From the NCBI GenBank assembly GCA_963662335.2, contig CAXXVD010000002.1, forward strand, positions 288,001-352,000: 64,000 nt of DNA. Direction: 5' to 3'. Positions 1-10,253 of the stretch are shown piece after piece. The notes under the pieces were generated by a model that saw nothing but the letters and a program-made list of their open reading frames with translations, did no database searches and was not told the origin of the DNA. The position numbers and the translations under genes were made by a program. This stretch comes from Chloroflexota bacterium (GTDB taxonomy: Bacteria > Chloroflexota > UBA11872 > VXOZ01). How positions within the stretch are numbered: position 1 is the first letter of the stretch; each line of letters begins with the position of its first letter.

Positions 1-277
1 CGGCCGCGGCGGCAAGCACGCCCACCACGAATGGCTGGTCCAGGCCGAACGCCTGCTGGGTGTAGCGCGCCAGTTCGCCGGTGGGCAAGGGCTTGGTGAC
101 CAGCGCCGCCGTGTACGCCCCAATGGCAAAGAACCCGGCCACGCCAAAGTTGACCAGGCCGGTGTCGCCAAAGTGCACGTTCAGCCCCAGCGTAAACAGG
201 GCGTAGATGCTGGCGACGATGAGAAAGCCGACCAGATAGTTGAGCAGGCCGGAACTCAGGATGGCTTCGATTGTCAT
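1..277 (-). CDS. livM: Branched-chain amino acid ABC transporter permease (LivM-type), 3' end outside window
   Basis: Manual translation from ATG at 277: MTIEAILSSGLLNYLVGFLIVASIYALFTLGLNVHFGDTGLVNFGVAGFFAIGAY, with the GLN..G.TGL.NFG...FFAIGAY motif; lies downstream of livH. Confidence 0.85.
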   Translation of the reverse strand, partial: MTIEAILSSGLLNYLVGFLIVASIYALFTLGLNVHFGDTGLVNFGVAGFFAIGAYTAALVTKPLPTGELARYTQQAFGLDQPFVVGVLAAAA

Positions 278-315
278 GGTGTTCCTCTCAACTTCCGTCA
301 TTGCCATGTAAACAG

Positions 316-470
316 CCACAACCGAGCCGTTCGCCCTGAGCGGGGTCGAAGGGTGAACGGCGGATTGAGCGTGTAGCCACTCCGAACGCACGTCTCTCCG
401 TTCATACTTCGACAAGCTCAGCACGAACGGAGAGACGTGCGTTCGTTTTCATTCCCTTGTGTGGTCAGCG
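316..470. repeat. ~150-bp composite palindromic element (family C, ccgttcgccctgagc..gtcgaaggg / cttcgacaagctcagcacgaacgg)
   Basis: Near-colinear copies at ~52446-52602, 60318-60465 and 60505-60658 (the last two inverted). Confidence 0.8.
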
Positions 471-510
471 TGCGGCCATGGTGATTGCCATGAAAACAGA
501 GCGCCACCTC

Positions 511-666
511 CGTCATTCCCGCACACGCGGGAATCCATCCTCGCCGCAGCCATCCTCGCCGTCCCCGGCGGGGGACAAGCCCCCGCGCTACGTTAATGCG
601 ACAACAATGGGGACAAACCCCCATGTTTCGGCCCACCGGTAGAGGCACGACATGTCGTGCCCCTAC
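511..666. repeat. Cluster of REP-like palindromes (gtcattcccgc..gcgggaatcc; ggggacaagcccccgcgctac; MITE end taatgcgacaacaatg; ggcacgacatgtcgtgccc)
   Basis: Each motif recurs elsewhere in the window. Confidence 0.75.
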
Positions 667-734
667 CGGTGGAGCGGCATGTGCGCATCGACCGCAGACA
701 CGCAAATACACATTCATACAACGCTTCCAGGCCA

Positions 735-1652
735 CTAGAACCGCCGCTGCTCGCTGCCCAATATCCCCTGCGGCCGGATCAGCAAGACCAAGATCAGAAT
801 AACGAAAGCCACCGCCGGTTTGTAGGTGGGCAGCAGGAACGCCGTCGAGACCTGTTGCACGATGCCGATGATCATGCCGCCGAGCAGCGCGCCGTAGGGA
901 TTGCCGATGCCGCCCAGAATGGCGGCGGCAAAGAGCGGCAGCAGCAAGTTCCAGCCCATATCGGGCCGCAGTTGCGAATCGATGCCCAGCAGGATGCCCG
1001 CCGTGGCCGCCATGGCCGCGCCGATGCCCCAGGTCCACACCATCATCCGCTCCGTATCGATGCCGCTGATCCGCGCCAGGTCCGGGTTGTCCGCCGTGGC
1101 GCGCAGCGCCTTGCCGATGCGGGTGCGCCCCAAGAAGAGGTACAGCCCCGCCACCATCGCCAAACAGGCAGCCAGAATGAAGATCTGATCGGGTTTGATC
1201 CGGATCTCGAACGGCAGTTGCAGCGCCGGCCGCAGGGCTTGGGTGTAGAAGTGGAACTCCGGCCCCCAGATGATGGACAACAACGCCCGCAGCGCAAACG
1301 CCGTCGCCAACGAACCGATCACGAACATCACCGGCGCGTAGCGCCGCCGCCGCATGGGACGGAACACCAGCCGGTCCACCGCCACGGCCACGCCCGCCGC
1401 GGCCGCCATGGCCACCGGCAGCGCCAGCGCCATGGGCAAGCCGAACGAGAGCGGGCCGAACGTGGCGTCCGGCACGCCCAGCGCGGCGAAGACCGTGCTC
1501 ACCAGGAAGAAGGCCACGTACGCGCCGATCGCCATCAGGTCGCCGTGGGCGAAATTGGCGAAGCGCACGATGCCGTATACCAGGGTCAGGCTCACCGCGC
1601 CCAGAGAGAGGATGCTGCCCAGGATGATGCCGTCCACCACCAGCGCGATCAT
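735..1652 (-). CDS. livH: Branched-chain amino acid ABC transporter permease
   Basis: LVYGIVRFANFAHGDL, TRIGKALRATADNPDLARISGID and AAILGGIGNPYGALLGG motifs. Confidence 0.9.
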   Translation of the reverse strand: MIALVVDGIILGSILSLGAVSLTLVYGIVRFANFAHGDLMAIGAYVAFFLVSTVFAALGVPDATFGPLSFGLPMALALPVAMAAAAGVAVAVDRLVFRPMRRRRYAPVMFVIGSLATAFALRALLSIIWGPEFHFYTQALRPALQLPFEIRIKPDQIFILAACLAMVAGLYLFLGRTRIGKALRATADNPDLARISGIDTERMMVWTWGIGAAMAATAGILLGIDSQLRPDMGWNLLLPLFAAAILGGIGNPYGALLGGMIIGIVQQVSTAFLLPTYKPAVAFVILILVLLIRPQGILGSEQRRF

Positions 1653-2359
1653 GCCGTCCCTCCCAGATAGAGGTTTGCCACTTCCTCGTTGGCCAGCAGC
1701 GCGCCGCTGGCGTCGGTGAAGCGGTTGCGGCCGCCGGCCAGCACGTAGCCCCGTTGGGAATGCTCCAGCGCCTTGCGCGCGTTCTGCTCCACCATGAGCA
1801 CGGCGATTCCTTGCGCGTTTACGTGGGCGATTTGCGCGAACACCGTTTCCACGAAGACCGGCGCCAGGCCCGCCGTCGGCTCGTCCAGCAGCAGGAGTTT
1901 TGGCTCCAACATCAGCGCCCGCGCCATCGCCACCATCTGGCGCTGGCCGCCGCTCAGCGACGCGACCCTGGCCCGGCGGCGTTCCTCGAGAGCGGGAAAG
2001 AGGCCGTACACCATCTCCGCTTGCTCCGCATAGCCGTCCGCGCGCAGAAACGCGCCCATGGCCAGGTTTTCCTCCACCGTCAGGCTCAGAAACGTGTTGT
2101 CGGCCTGCGGCACGTAACTCAAGCCCTGGCGGACGATCTCGTGCGGCGGCAGGCCGGTGATGTCCGTATCTTGAAATTCAACCGCGCCGTCCGTGGGTTC
2201 CAGCAGGCCGAAGATCGTCTTCATGAGCGTGGACTTGCCGCAGCCGTTAGGCCCAATGATGGCCACCACCTCGCCCGCGCCCACGGTGAGCGAGACGCCG
2301 TGCAGGATTTCGATGTCGCCGTAGCCGGAGACGATGCCGGACGCCGCGAGCAGATTCAC
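1649..2359 (-). CDS. livF: Branched-chain amino acid ABC transporter ATP-binding protein
   Basis: Walker A GPNGCGKST, LSGGQRQM, LLLDEP, VEQN; GTG start overlaps the livG stop (GTGA). Confidence 0.9.
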   Translation of the reverse strand: MNLLAASGIVSGYGDIEILHGVSLTVGAGEVVAIIGPNGCGKSTLMKTIFGLLEPTDGAVEFQDTDITGLPPHEIVRQGLSYVPQADNTFLSLTVEENLAMGAFLRADGYAEQAEMVYGLFPALEERRRARVASLSGGQRQMVAMARALMLEPKLLLLDEPTAGLAPVFVETVFAQIAHVNAQGIAVLMVEQNARKALEHSQRGYVLAGGRNRFTDASGALLANEEVANLYLGGTA

Positions 2360-3141
2360 CGGTTCTGGCCTCCCAGGTAGGCAGCGAGCACCTGTTCGTT
2401 TTGCTGGATTTCCGCCGGCGTGCCTTCGGCCAGTTTTTCGCCGTTGCTCATCACGATCACCGGGTCGCAGAGTCCCATCACCACCGTCATGTTGTGCTCG
2501 ATCAGCAGCACGGTGATGCCGCGCTCGGCCACCAGCCGCTTGATCTGCGCCATCAGGCTGCGCAGCAAAGTGGGGTTCACGCCGGCGCCGGGTTCGTCCA
2601 ACATGATGAGTTGCGGGTCGGTCATCATGGCGCGGGCGAGTTCCAGCAGTTTCTTCTGGCCGGTGGAGAGATTGGCGGCGTATTCGGCGCGCAGGTGCGC
2701 CAGCTTGACGAACTCCAGCACGTCCAGCGCCTTGTAGTAGGCGTCGCGCTCCTGCCGCCGCACGCGCAACGGCATGAGCCACGCCGCGCCCAGCCGCTCG
2801 CCCGCCTGCCCCGCGGGCACGAGCATCAGGTTTTCCAGCACGGTCATCTGCTTGAGTTCTTTGGGCACCTGGAACGTGCGGCAGAGGCCGTGGCGGAAGA
2901 CCCGGTGCGGCGGCAGGCCGTCTATGCGCCTACCTTGGAAGACGATGCGGCCAGAATCCGGCGCGTAGAAGCCGGAAATCAGGTTGAACAACGTGGTCTT
3001 GCCCGCGCCGTTTGGCCCGATCAGACCCGTAATCGTGCCGCGCCGCACCTGCAGCGAGCAGTTCTGCACGGCCTGCAAGCCGCCAAACGACTTGGCGACG
3101 TTCGCGATCTCCAGGAGCGTGTCCGCTGTGTCCGCAGCCAT
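2356..3141 (-). CDS. livG: Branched-chain amino acid ABC transporter ATP-binding protein
   Basis: GPNGAGKTT, RTFQ, MLDEPGAG, IEHNM, C-terminal VLAAYLG. Confidence 0.9.
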   Translation of the reverse strand: MAADTADTLLEIANVAKSFGGLQAVQNCSLQVRRGTITGLIGPNGAGKTTLFNLISGFYAPDSGRIVFQGRRIDGLPPHRVFRHGLCRTFQVPKELKQMTVLENLMLVPAGQAGERLGAAWLMPLRVRRQERDAYYKALDVLEFVKLAHLRAEYAANLSTGQKKLLELARAMMTDPQLIMLDEPGAGVNPTLLRSLMAQIKRLVAERGITVLLIEHNMTVVMGLCDPVIVMSNGEKLAEGTPAEIQQNEQVLAAYLGGQNR

Positions 3142-3177
3142 GGCATGTCTCCGCCTGTGCTCCAGCGCGGGAAGACG

Positions 3178-3250
3178 CTCTAGCCACTCCCTCATTCCTG
3201 CGCGCGGGAACGCGCTCTAGCCATTCTCTCATTCCTGCGCGCGGGAATAC
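3178..3250. repeat. Two tandem ~38-bp copies containing cattcctgcgcgcgggaa (REP family A variant)
   Basis: ctctagccactccctcattcctgcgcgcgggaa / ctctagccattctctcattcctgcgcgcgggaa. Confidence 0.7.
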
Positions 3251-3327
3251 GCCTCCATCATAAACCAATTGGCCATGTCATACCGAGCGCAGCCGCACCC
3301 GGCACGTCATATCGAGCGCACCCGCCA

Positions 3328-3430
3328 TGTCATTCCGAGCGCAGCGAGGAATCTAGAGTCCGCACCGGGCCACCGACACTGGCCGGGCACCCGAGATTCC
3401 TCACTGCGCTACGCTCCATTCGGAATGACA
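3328..3430. repeat. Inverted REP pair (family B, gtcattccgagcgcagcgaggaatct ... agattcctcact..ttcggaatgaca)
   Basis: Same architecture at ~48647-48778, 54109-54240 and 58791-58892. Confidence 0.8.
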
Positions 3431-3646
3431 GCAATTCGGCGCGACGTGCATTGTAAGGAATAACGGGAGAGGCGGCGCAGCGCGCTTTGCGGGGAAACCA
3501 CAGTCTGGTGGCCGGAACGCAGTCTTCCACGGTCTGGTGGCCGGAACGCGGTCTCCCACGGTCACGGACGTTTCCCCGCGTGTTGAGAAAGCGCCGCCGG
3601 CTTGCTATCGTACGAAGAGGAAAAGCCGGAACCGGGGGAAACGGCC

Positions 3647-5077
3647 ATGAATCTTCTCTTCATTACCGCCGACCAGCAGCGGTGGGACAGCCTGCCCTGC
3701 TACGGCCTGGACTTCCTGCGCACGCCCCATCTCGACCGCCTGGCGCGGGAAGGCCTGGTCTTCGAGCGCTGCTACGTGCCGGCGCCGCTCTGCGTGCCCA
3801 CCCGCGCGGCCCTGCTGGGCGGGCAGTGGCCGACGACTACCGGCGTGCTCGGCAATGCGCACTGGCTCGACGCCGCGCTGCCCACCTGGCCCCACGCGCT
3901 GACCGAGGCCGGTTATCTCACCGCCGCTATCGGCAAGATGCACTTCTTTCCCTGGGACGCCCGCAACGGCTTTCAGGAGCGCATTAGCGCCGAGGACAAG
4001 CGCCACACGTACCTGCCCGACGACCACAGCAAGTTCCTGCGCGCCCACGGCCACGAGCGCGCGCATCCCACGCAGAATCCCGGCTACTTCGAGACCCTGA
4101 ACGCCTCGGTCACGCCGCTGCCCAAGCGCTTCCACGTGGACGGCTTCGTTGGCGACCAGGCCGCCGGCTGGCTGGAACGGAACGCCAAAGAGCCGTTTGC
4201 CGCCTGGGTGAGCTTTGCCGGGCCGCACGATCCCTACGACCCGCCGGCGGAGATGGCGGACATGTATGCCGACGCGCCCATTCCCGCGCCCGTGGGTTCC
4301 CGCGCGGAATTGGCGACAAAGCCTCGGGCGCAACGGCAAGCCGGGAAAGAAAATGTCAAGAACTCCATGTACCGCATGGATCCGTCGCGGGCCACGCCGG
4401 CGCAGCACCGCCGCTGGCGCGCCCACTACTACGCCAACATCAGCCTGATCGACGAGGGCGTGGGCAAGATGCTGGCCGCGCTGGAGAGCCATGGCGCGCT
4501 GGACGAAACCCTCATCATCTATTCCGCCGACCACGGCGACGCGCTGGGCGACCACGGCCTGCCGTACAAGGGCTTCTACTACGAGTCCATGGCCCACGTG
4601 CCGCTGATAATCCGCGGGCCGGGGGTGGCCGGCGGGACGCGCTGCGCGTCACTCGTGAGTTCCCTCGACTACGTGCCGCTCTTCTACAGCGCTTGCGGCC
4701 TGGAACCGCCGGAAACGCTGCAAGGCACAAGCCTGGCGCCGCTGCTCGCCGACCCGGCGCTCCCCCACCGCGAGACGGTCTTCAGCGAGAACATGGGCAG
4801 CCAAATGGTGCGCGACGCGCGCTTCAAGTACGCCCACTACGCCACCGGCGAAAGCGAACTCTACGACCTGGAGACCGACCCCGATGAAATCCACAACCTG
4901 GCGCAGAGCCGCGCACATGCGGATGTCATTGCCCACGCGCGCCGTTTGCTCGTCGAACACAACCTCCACAACCACGCCATGAAGAGCGCCGCCGTCTCCC
5001 GCCCCCAAGAACCCTTCCGCGTGAAGCTGGAAGCGGCCTACTCCGTGGATCAGGCCTACACGGTGGCGGAATCCTAG
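3647..5077 (+). CDS. Sulfatase (Cys-type, formylglycine-dependent)
   Basis: ITADQQR, CVPTR (CxPxR) signature, GKMH, PHDPY, SADHGD. Confidence 0.9.
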   Translation: MNLLFITADQQRWDSLPCYGLDFLRTPHLDRLAREGLVFERCYVPAPLCVPTRAALLGGQWPTTTGVLGNAHWLDAALPTWPHALTEAGYLTAAIGKMHFFPWDARNGFQERISAEDKRHTYLPDDHSKFLRAHGHERAHPTQNPGYFETLNASVTPLPKRFHVDGFVGDQAAGWLERNAKEPFAAWVSFAGPHDPYDPPAEMADMYADAPIPAPVGSRAELATKPRAQRQAGKENVKNSMYRMDPSRATPAQHRRWRAHYYANISLIDEGVGKMLAALESHGALDETLIIYSADHGDALGDHGLPYKGFYYESMAHVPLIIRGPGVAGGTRCASLVSSLDYVPLFYSACGLEPPETLQGTSLAPLLADPALPHRETVFSENMGSQMVRDARFKYAHYATGESELYDLETDPDEIHNLAQSRAHADVIAHARRLLVEHNLHNHAMKSAAVSRPQEPFRVKLEAAYSVDQAYTVAES

Positions 5078-5155
5078 AGGCGTGAGCGCAACCTCCGGCG
5101 CGCCAGGCGCTTCGACAAGCTCAGCACAGGCCTGTCGAAGCATGAACGGGGCGCG

Positions 5156-6064
5156 TTAGACCTCGCCCAATTGCAGGCTGGCCCAGATCAGGGCCGCGTA
5201 GAACATGTACGGGCCTGTGAAGAGCAGGCTGTCGATGCGGTCCAGGATGCCGCCGTGGCCGGGGATGAGGGTACCGGTGTCTTTCACGTCCGCCCCGCGT
5301 TTGAGGAGCGATTCCACCAGGTCACCGAGTTGGGCCACGACCGCCGCGCCCAGTCCCACCAGGCCGGCGGCCAGTGGACTCAGCGGGAACGGCGTGAACT
5401 GGGCGTAGAGCGCCGCGGCCGTGACCGCGATGAACGCGCCGCCCAACGTGCCTTCCAGGGTCTTGCCGGCGCTCAGGTGTTGGAAGATGCGGCGTTTGCC
5501 GATGCTGCGGCCCACGAGATACGCCCCCGTGTCGTAGGCCCAGGTGACCACCAGGGCAAAGATCAGCCACCACTCGCCGCGCACGTAGATATAGTCCCGG
5601 AGCGCCACGGTGTGGCCGAGCAGCCAGCCGACGTAGAGCGCGCCGGCAACCGCCAGGCCCCAGCCGGTGAACGCCCGGGCATGGTCGCCGGAACGGGGCA
5701 GCAGCAAGAGCCAGAGCGAGCAGAGCGCAATCGCCGTGAAGAAGAGCGGCGGCAGGATGACGAGTTCCGCGTAGCCGGCCCAAATCAAGCTGTACGGCCA
5801 CAGGAAGAACGCGAGCCCGAGCGCGGCGGCGGTGACGCGGCTCACGGCGAAACCCATGCGGCGCGCCAGGTGGAAGTATTCCCACAGCGCCAGTCCACCG
5901 AACACCAACATGCCCGCCAGCAGCCAGGGATTGCCGAAGTAGGCCAGCGCGAGCAGGAGCGGCGCGTAGACGAGGGCGGAGAGGGCGCGGGTCGCAAGAT
6001 CCTGCCAGCGAGAACGTTGCGCCGCGCGGCTCGCCTCGCCGCGCCTACCGCTGCGCTTTGCCAT
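5156..6064 (-). CDS. cdsA: Phosphatidate cytidylyltransferase
   Basis: DTGAYLVG, KTLEG, GDLVESLLKR..VKDTGTLIPGHGGILDRIDS; synteny with uppS; start uncertain. Confidence 0.92.
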   Translation of the reverse strand: MAKRSGRRGEASRAAQRSRWQDLATRALSALVYAPLLLALAYFGNPWLLAGMLVFGGLALWEYFHLARRMGFAVSRVTAAALGLAFFLWPYSLIWAGYAELVILPPLFFTAIALCSLWLLLLPRSGDHARAFTGWGLAVAGALYVGWLLGHTVALRDYIYVRGEWWLIFALVVTWAYDTGAYLVGRSIGKRRIFQHLSAGKTLEGTLGGAFIAVTAAALYAQFTPFPLSPLAAGLVGLGAAVVAQLGDLVESLLKRGADVKDTGTLIPGHGGILDRIDSLLFTGPYMFYAALIWASLQLGEV

Positions 6065-6827
6065 TGCGGCCAGCGGAAAGGCCGCCGAACTTGCGGTCGC
6101 GGCGGCTGTAGTTGGCAAGCGCGGCGTAGAACTCTTTGCGCCCAAAATCCGGCCAGTAGACCTGCGCGGCGTAGTATTCGGCGTAGGCGGCCTGCCAGAG
6201 CAGGAAGTTGGAGAGCCGCATCTCGCCGGCCGTGCGGATGACCAGGTCGGGGTCGGGCAGATTGCGCGTATAGAGGTGCTGGGAAATCAACTCTTCCGAA
6301 ATCCCGGCGGCCGGCACGCCGGCTGCGACGATTTCGCGCACGGCGTCGACGATTTCGCCACGGCCGCCGTAGTTGAACGCGAAGTTGATCGTCAGGCGCT
6401 CGTTGCCGCGCGTCGCTTCCTCCAGGTGCTCGATTGCTACTTGCAACGTGGAAGGCACGGCGTCGCGCCGCCCGATTGAGCGCACCTGAATCTCGTTCTC
6501 CACGATCGCGCCCTGTTCGCGCTCGATCGTCTCTTCCAGCAGTGTCATGAGACCGCTGACTTCCTCTTCCGGGCGCGCCCAATTCTCGGTGGAGAAGGCG
6601 TAGAGCGTAAGGATCTTGACGCCAAAGTCAACGGCGGCTTCCGCCACCGCGCGCACGCAGCGGGCGCCGGCGCGATGCCCTTCCAGGCGCGGCAGCCCGC
6701 GCTGGGCCGCCCAGCGTCCGTTGCCGTCCATCACGATGCCCACGTGGACGGGCGTGACGGGCAGCGGCGGAAATTTCCTTTCCTCTGCCGTCACCGTCTT
6801 CGAGGTCTTGGGAGGCGTCGGTTCCAT
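6045..6827 (-). CDS. uppS: Isoprenyl transferase (undecaprenyl diphosphate synthase)
   Basis: HVGIVMDGNGRWA, YAFSTENWAR, IRTAGEMRLSNFLLWQ. Confidence 0.95.
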   Translation of the reverse strand: MEPTPPKTSKTVTAEERKFPPLPVTPVHVGIVMDGNGRWAAQRGLPRLEGHRAGARCVRAVAEAAVDFGVKILTLYAFSTENWARPEEEVSGLMTLLEETIEREQGAIVENEIQVRSIGRRDAVPSTLQVAIEHLEEATRGNERLTINFAFNYGGRGEIVDAVREIVAAGVPAAGISEELISQHLYTRNLPDPDLVIRTAGEMRLSNFLLWQAAYAEYYAAQVYWPDFGRKEFYAALANYSRRDRKFGGLSAGRNGKAQR

Positions 6828-6829
6828 CG

Positions 6830-7384
6830 CTAGATGGTCAATATCTCCTGCTCTTTTTCGGCGAGCGCGGCGTCCACGCGCTCAATCTCGGCGTCGGTGA
6901 GCTTCTGCAACTCGCCCTGGGCGCGGCGCACGTCATCCTCGGAGACGCTGCCGCCCTTCTGCTTGCGCAGCGCGTCCTGCGCCGTACGCCGGCTGTTGCG
7001 GATGGCGACGCGGGCTTCTTCGGCGCGCTGGCGCACCAGCTTTGCCAGTTCTTGGCGCCGTTCCGCGGTCGGTTGGGGCAGCGCGATGCGGATCACCGTG
7101 CCGTCGTTCGCCGGGGTAATGCCGAGTTCGGACTTGAGGATTGCCCGTTCGATCGCCGGAATGGACTGCTTGTCCCACGGCTGGATGACGATGAGCCGCG
7201 GCTCCGGCACGATGATGGTGGCAACCTGGTTGAGGGGCAATTCCGTCCCGTAGTATTCCACCGGCGTGTCCTCTACCAGCGCGGTGGACGCGCGCCCGGT
7301 GCGAATACGCGCAATATCGCGCTGCAGGGCCTCCGTTGCCAGGCCCATCGCCATTTCGGTTTCCTCAAGAATTGGCTCCAGCAT
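6830..7384 (-). CDS. frr: Ribosome recycling factor
   Basis: [26 protein letters not shown]. Confidence 0.96.
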   Translation of the reverse strand: MLEPILEETEMAMGLATEALQRDIARIRTGRASTALVEDTPVEYYGTELPLNQVATIIVPEPRLIVIQPWDKQSIPAIERAILKSELGITPANDGTVIRIALPQPTAERRQELAKLVRQRAEEARVAIRNSRRTAQDALRKQKGGSVSEDDVRRAQGELQKLTDAEIERVDAALAEKEQEILTI

Positions 7385-8111
7385 CGTCTCGCTCTCCTAT
7401 CAGGGTTCCCACCGGCTCCCCTTGCAGCAGGCGCTCCAACGCGCCGGCGTGTTCCAGCTTGAAGACCGCAATGGGGAGATTATTCTCCATGCAGAGTGAA
7501 ATCGCGGTGCTATCCATCACCCGCAGGCCCATGTTGAGCGCGTCCAGGTAGGTGAGGTAGTCGAATTTTACGGCGCGCGGATTCTCCACGGGGTCGCTAT
7601 CGTACGCGCCGTCGACCTTGGTGGCCTTGATCAGCACCTCCGCGTTGATCTCCATGGCGCGCAGGGCGCCGGCCGTATCCGTGGTGAAGAAGGGATTGCC
7701 GGTGCCGGCGCTGAACACGACGACCCGGTCGTTCTCCAGATGGTCGATGGCCCGCGCGCGGACGTAGGGTTCGGCGACTTCGCGCATCTCGATTGCCGTC
7801 TGCACGCGGGCGTCCAGGCCTTCCCGCGCCAGGGCGTCCTGCAAGGCCAAGGCGTTGATGACGGTGGCGAGCATCCCCATGTAGTCGGCGGTGGCCCGAT
7901 CCATGCCCTGGTCGGCCGCCAACTCGCCGCGCCAGATGTTGCCGCCGCCGATAACGACCCCAATTTGCGTGCCCAGGCGGCGGGCGGAGGCGACTTGCTT
8001 GGCGATTCTTCCCGCAATCGCCAGATCTATGCCATACTCGCCCTTCCCCTTGCCCATGAGCGCTTCGCCGCCAATCTTGAGCAGCACGCGCCTATAGCGA
8101 AGCTTAGCCAT
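7365..8111 (-). CDS. pyrH: UMP kinase
   Basis: [35 protein letters not shown]. Confidence 0.96.
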   Translation of the reverse strand: MAKLRYRRVLLKIGGEALMGKGKGEYGIDLAIAGRIAKQVASARRLGTQIGVVIGGGNIWRGELAADQGMDRATADYMGMLATVINALALQDALAREGLDARVQTAIEMREVAEPYVRARAIDHLENDRVVVFSAGTGNPFFTTDTAGALRAMEINAEVLIKATKVDGAYDSDPVENPRAVKFDYLTYLDALNMGLRVMDSTAISLCMENNLPIAVFKLEHAGALERLLQGEPVGTLIGERDDAGANS

Positions 8112-8180
8112 GTATCCTCTCTGTCCCGCCGCGCCGGCCGTTGGCGTTGCGCATGAAGAGAACGCGCGTTGTGCCGCGCG

Positions 8181-8687
8181 CTACAGGCCGCGCTCGTAGC
8201 GGCAGAAGCGCCGGATGACGACGTTCTCGCCGGTCTTGACGATGGTCTGCTTGATGAGGTCCGCGACGGTGAGCGACGGGTCGCGCACGAACGGCTGCGC
8301 GAGCAGCACGGTCTCTTCCGCGTTGCCCTCGAAGTCTTCCGGCAGGTCGTCCTCGCTCACGAACTCCGGGCTCATGCCGGCCACGTGCAGCGCGATCTCG
8401 TGCACCAGGTGCTGGAATTCCTCAGTGCGCGCCACGAAGTCGGTCTCGCAGTTCACTTCCACGAGCACGCCGACGCGGCCGTCGCCGTGGATGTACGAGT
8501 GCACCAAGCCCTGGGAGGCCTCCCGGTCGGCGCGCTTTGCGGCTTTTGCCAGGCCCTGCTCGTCCAGCAGTTTCTTTGCCGCCGCGTGGTCGCCGCCGGC
8601 ATCCTCCAAAGCCCGTTTGCAGTCCATGATGCCGGCGCCGGTTTCCTCGCGCAGCGCCTTGATGTCCGCAGTCGTCACAGTTGCCAT
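8181..8687 (-). CDS. tsf: Elongation factor Ts (short form)
   Basis: LREETGAGIMDCK, EVNCETDFVA, GENVVIRRF. Confidence 0.96.
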   Translation of the reverse strand: MATVTTADIKALREETGAGIMDCKRALEDAGGDHAAAKKLLDEQGLAKAAKRADREASQGLVHSYIHGDGRVGVLVEVNCETDFVARTEEFQHLVHEIALHVAGMSPEFVSEDDLPEDFEGNAEETVLLAQPFVRDPSLTVADLIKQTIVKTGENVVIRRFCRYERGL

Positions 8688-8779
8688 TGCCTGAAATCAA
8701 TCTCCCTTTGCGCGGCGACGCCGCGCAGCTCGCGACAGCCAGTTTCCTACGTAAACGTCAACTCCATCCTGATGTTTCG

Positions 8780-8881
8780 CCCTCACCCTAACCCTCTCCC
8801 CCAGGGAGAGTGATTAAACCGACGGATGCGCCCAGCAATCCCCTCAAAAGACTCCCCCTGGGGAGAGGGCCGGGGTGAGGG
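8780..8881. repeat. Inverted REP pair (family D, ccctcaccctaaccctctccc ... gggagagggccggggtgagg) between rpsB and tsf
   Basis: Related copies at ~10002-10035, 29626-29709 and 54258-54290. Confidence 0.75.
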
Positions 8882-8945
8882 GGGAAGACCCGCCATGAGA
8901 ACCCTAGGACTTTCAGCCGCCCGCCAGGCGTCAGGGGCAGCGGCC

Positions 8946-9791
8946 CTAGTTCGCTTCCGCGGCAGCGGCTTCTCCCGCGTCTCCATCCGGTTCGGGCGCG
9001 GCCTCCGCGGCCGGAGCGTCCTCCCCGGCCGGTTCGCCCTCCGCGTCCGGATCGGCGGCCACCGCCTCTGCTTCCTGCTCGGCTTCCGCCGCGGATGCTT
9101 TGGCTGCGCGCAGTTCCTGCCCGCTGTGGATGGCGTCCGCTATCAAGCGCGTGATGAGGCGAATCGACTTGATCGCGTCGTCGTTGCCCGGAATCGAGTA
9201 GTCCACCTGGTCGGGATCGCAGTTCGTGTCCAGCAGCGCGATGACGGGAATGCCGAGTTTCTGCGCCTCGGCCACCGCGATGTGTTCGCGCACGGTGTCC
9301 ACCACGTAGAGCGCGGCCGGCAGGCGGTGCATGTCCCGGATGCCGTTGAAGAAGCGTTGCAGTTTCGCCAGGCGGTCCTGCAGGCGGCCGATCTCTTTCT
9401 TGGAGAAACTCTGCCAAGCCTCATTCGCCTGTTCGGCCTCCATCTCCTTCATCTTCGCCAGGCGCTCGCTAATCGTCTGGTAGTTGGTCAGCATGCCGCC
9501 CAGCCAACGCTGGTTGACGAACGGCATCCCAATCCGGCCGGCTTCCCGTTCCACGATATCCTGCGCCTGCTTCTTGGTGCCGACGAAGAGGACTTCGCGG
9601 TTGCGCAGGGCCAGGTCTTGGACGAAGTCGCAGGCTTCCTGCAACCCGCTCGCGCTTTGTTCCAGATCGATGATGTGAATCTTGCTGCGCGCCATGTAGA
9701 TATAGGGCTTCATCTTGGGATTCCACCGGTTGGTGGGATGCCCAAAGTGCACCCCGGCATCGAAAAGATCCTTCAAACTCGCCACGGCCAT
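8946..9791 (-). CDS. rpsB: 30S ribosomal protein S2
   Basis: [37 protein letters not shown]. Confidence 0.97.
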   Translation of the reverse strand: MAVASLKDLFDAGVHFGHPTNRWNPKMKPYIYMARSKIHIIDLEQSASGLQEACDFVQDLALRNREVLFVGTKKQAQDIVEREAGRIGMPFVNQRWLGGMLTNYQTISERLAKMKEMEAEQANEAWQSFSKKEIGRLQDRLAKLQRFFNGIRDMHRLPAALYVVDTVREHIAVAEAQKLGIPVIALLDTNCDPDQVDYSIPGNDDAIKSIRLITRLIADAIHSGQELRAAKASAAEAEQEAEAVAADPDAEGEPAGEDAPAAEAAPEPDGDAGEAAAAEAN

Positions 9792-9910
9792 ACGTTCGCG
9801 ACCCCTTCCGCACTCCTACGCTTACGCGCGCTTCGGCTTGCTGCTACGCTAATTCTATTTCTGCCGCCGCGCGCACGTTCGCGCGCGCCGGTGCAATGCC
9901 TATCCAAACT

Positions 9911-9940
9911 AGTATACCCCTATCGCGGCGCGGGCGGCAA
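9911..9940 (-). promoter_or_regulatory. Putative sigma70-type promoter of the rpsB operon
   Basis: TTGCCG-18-TATACT on the minus strand, ~120 nt upstream of rpsB. Confidence 0.45.
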
Positions 9941-10037
9941 TGCGCCCCAGCAGCAGCGGCGCTCACGTCCCCTCTACCAACGCCGGGCTCGGCCCTCTTA
10001 TCCCCTCTCCCCGCGGGAGAGGGTTAGGGTGAGGGCC

Positions 10038-10231
10038 CAATGTTGTCGCATTAACGTAGCGCGGGGGCTTGTCCCCCGCCGGTGTGCTAGGCACAGAGAG
10101 CGATCACCCAGAGGCTCTTTCCGGTAGACAACGCCAGAATCTTGACCCTACCATGGCGCAGGTTGCAAACCTGCGCTACCAGGAAATCAGGCACGGTGTA
10201 GTTCCTCACTGTTTCCAATGCGGTCGCATTG
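10038..10231. mobile_element. MITE-like element, degenerate copy
   Basis: TIRs caatgttgtcgcatta / caatgcggtcgcattg; flanks gggtgagggcc vs gagtgagggct; body colinear with 12610-12804. Confidence 0.7.
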
Positions 10232-10253
10232 GAGTGAGGGCTTTTTCTGCACG

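Noticed and set aside
3489-3579. gtttccccgcg resembles a type I-E CRISPR repeat
   Set aside because: Only a partial match, in inverted arrangement, with no repeat-spacer periodicity.
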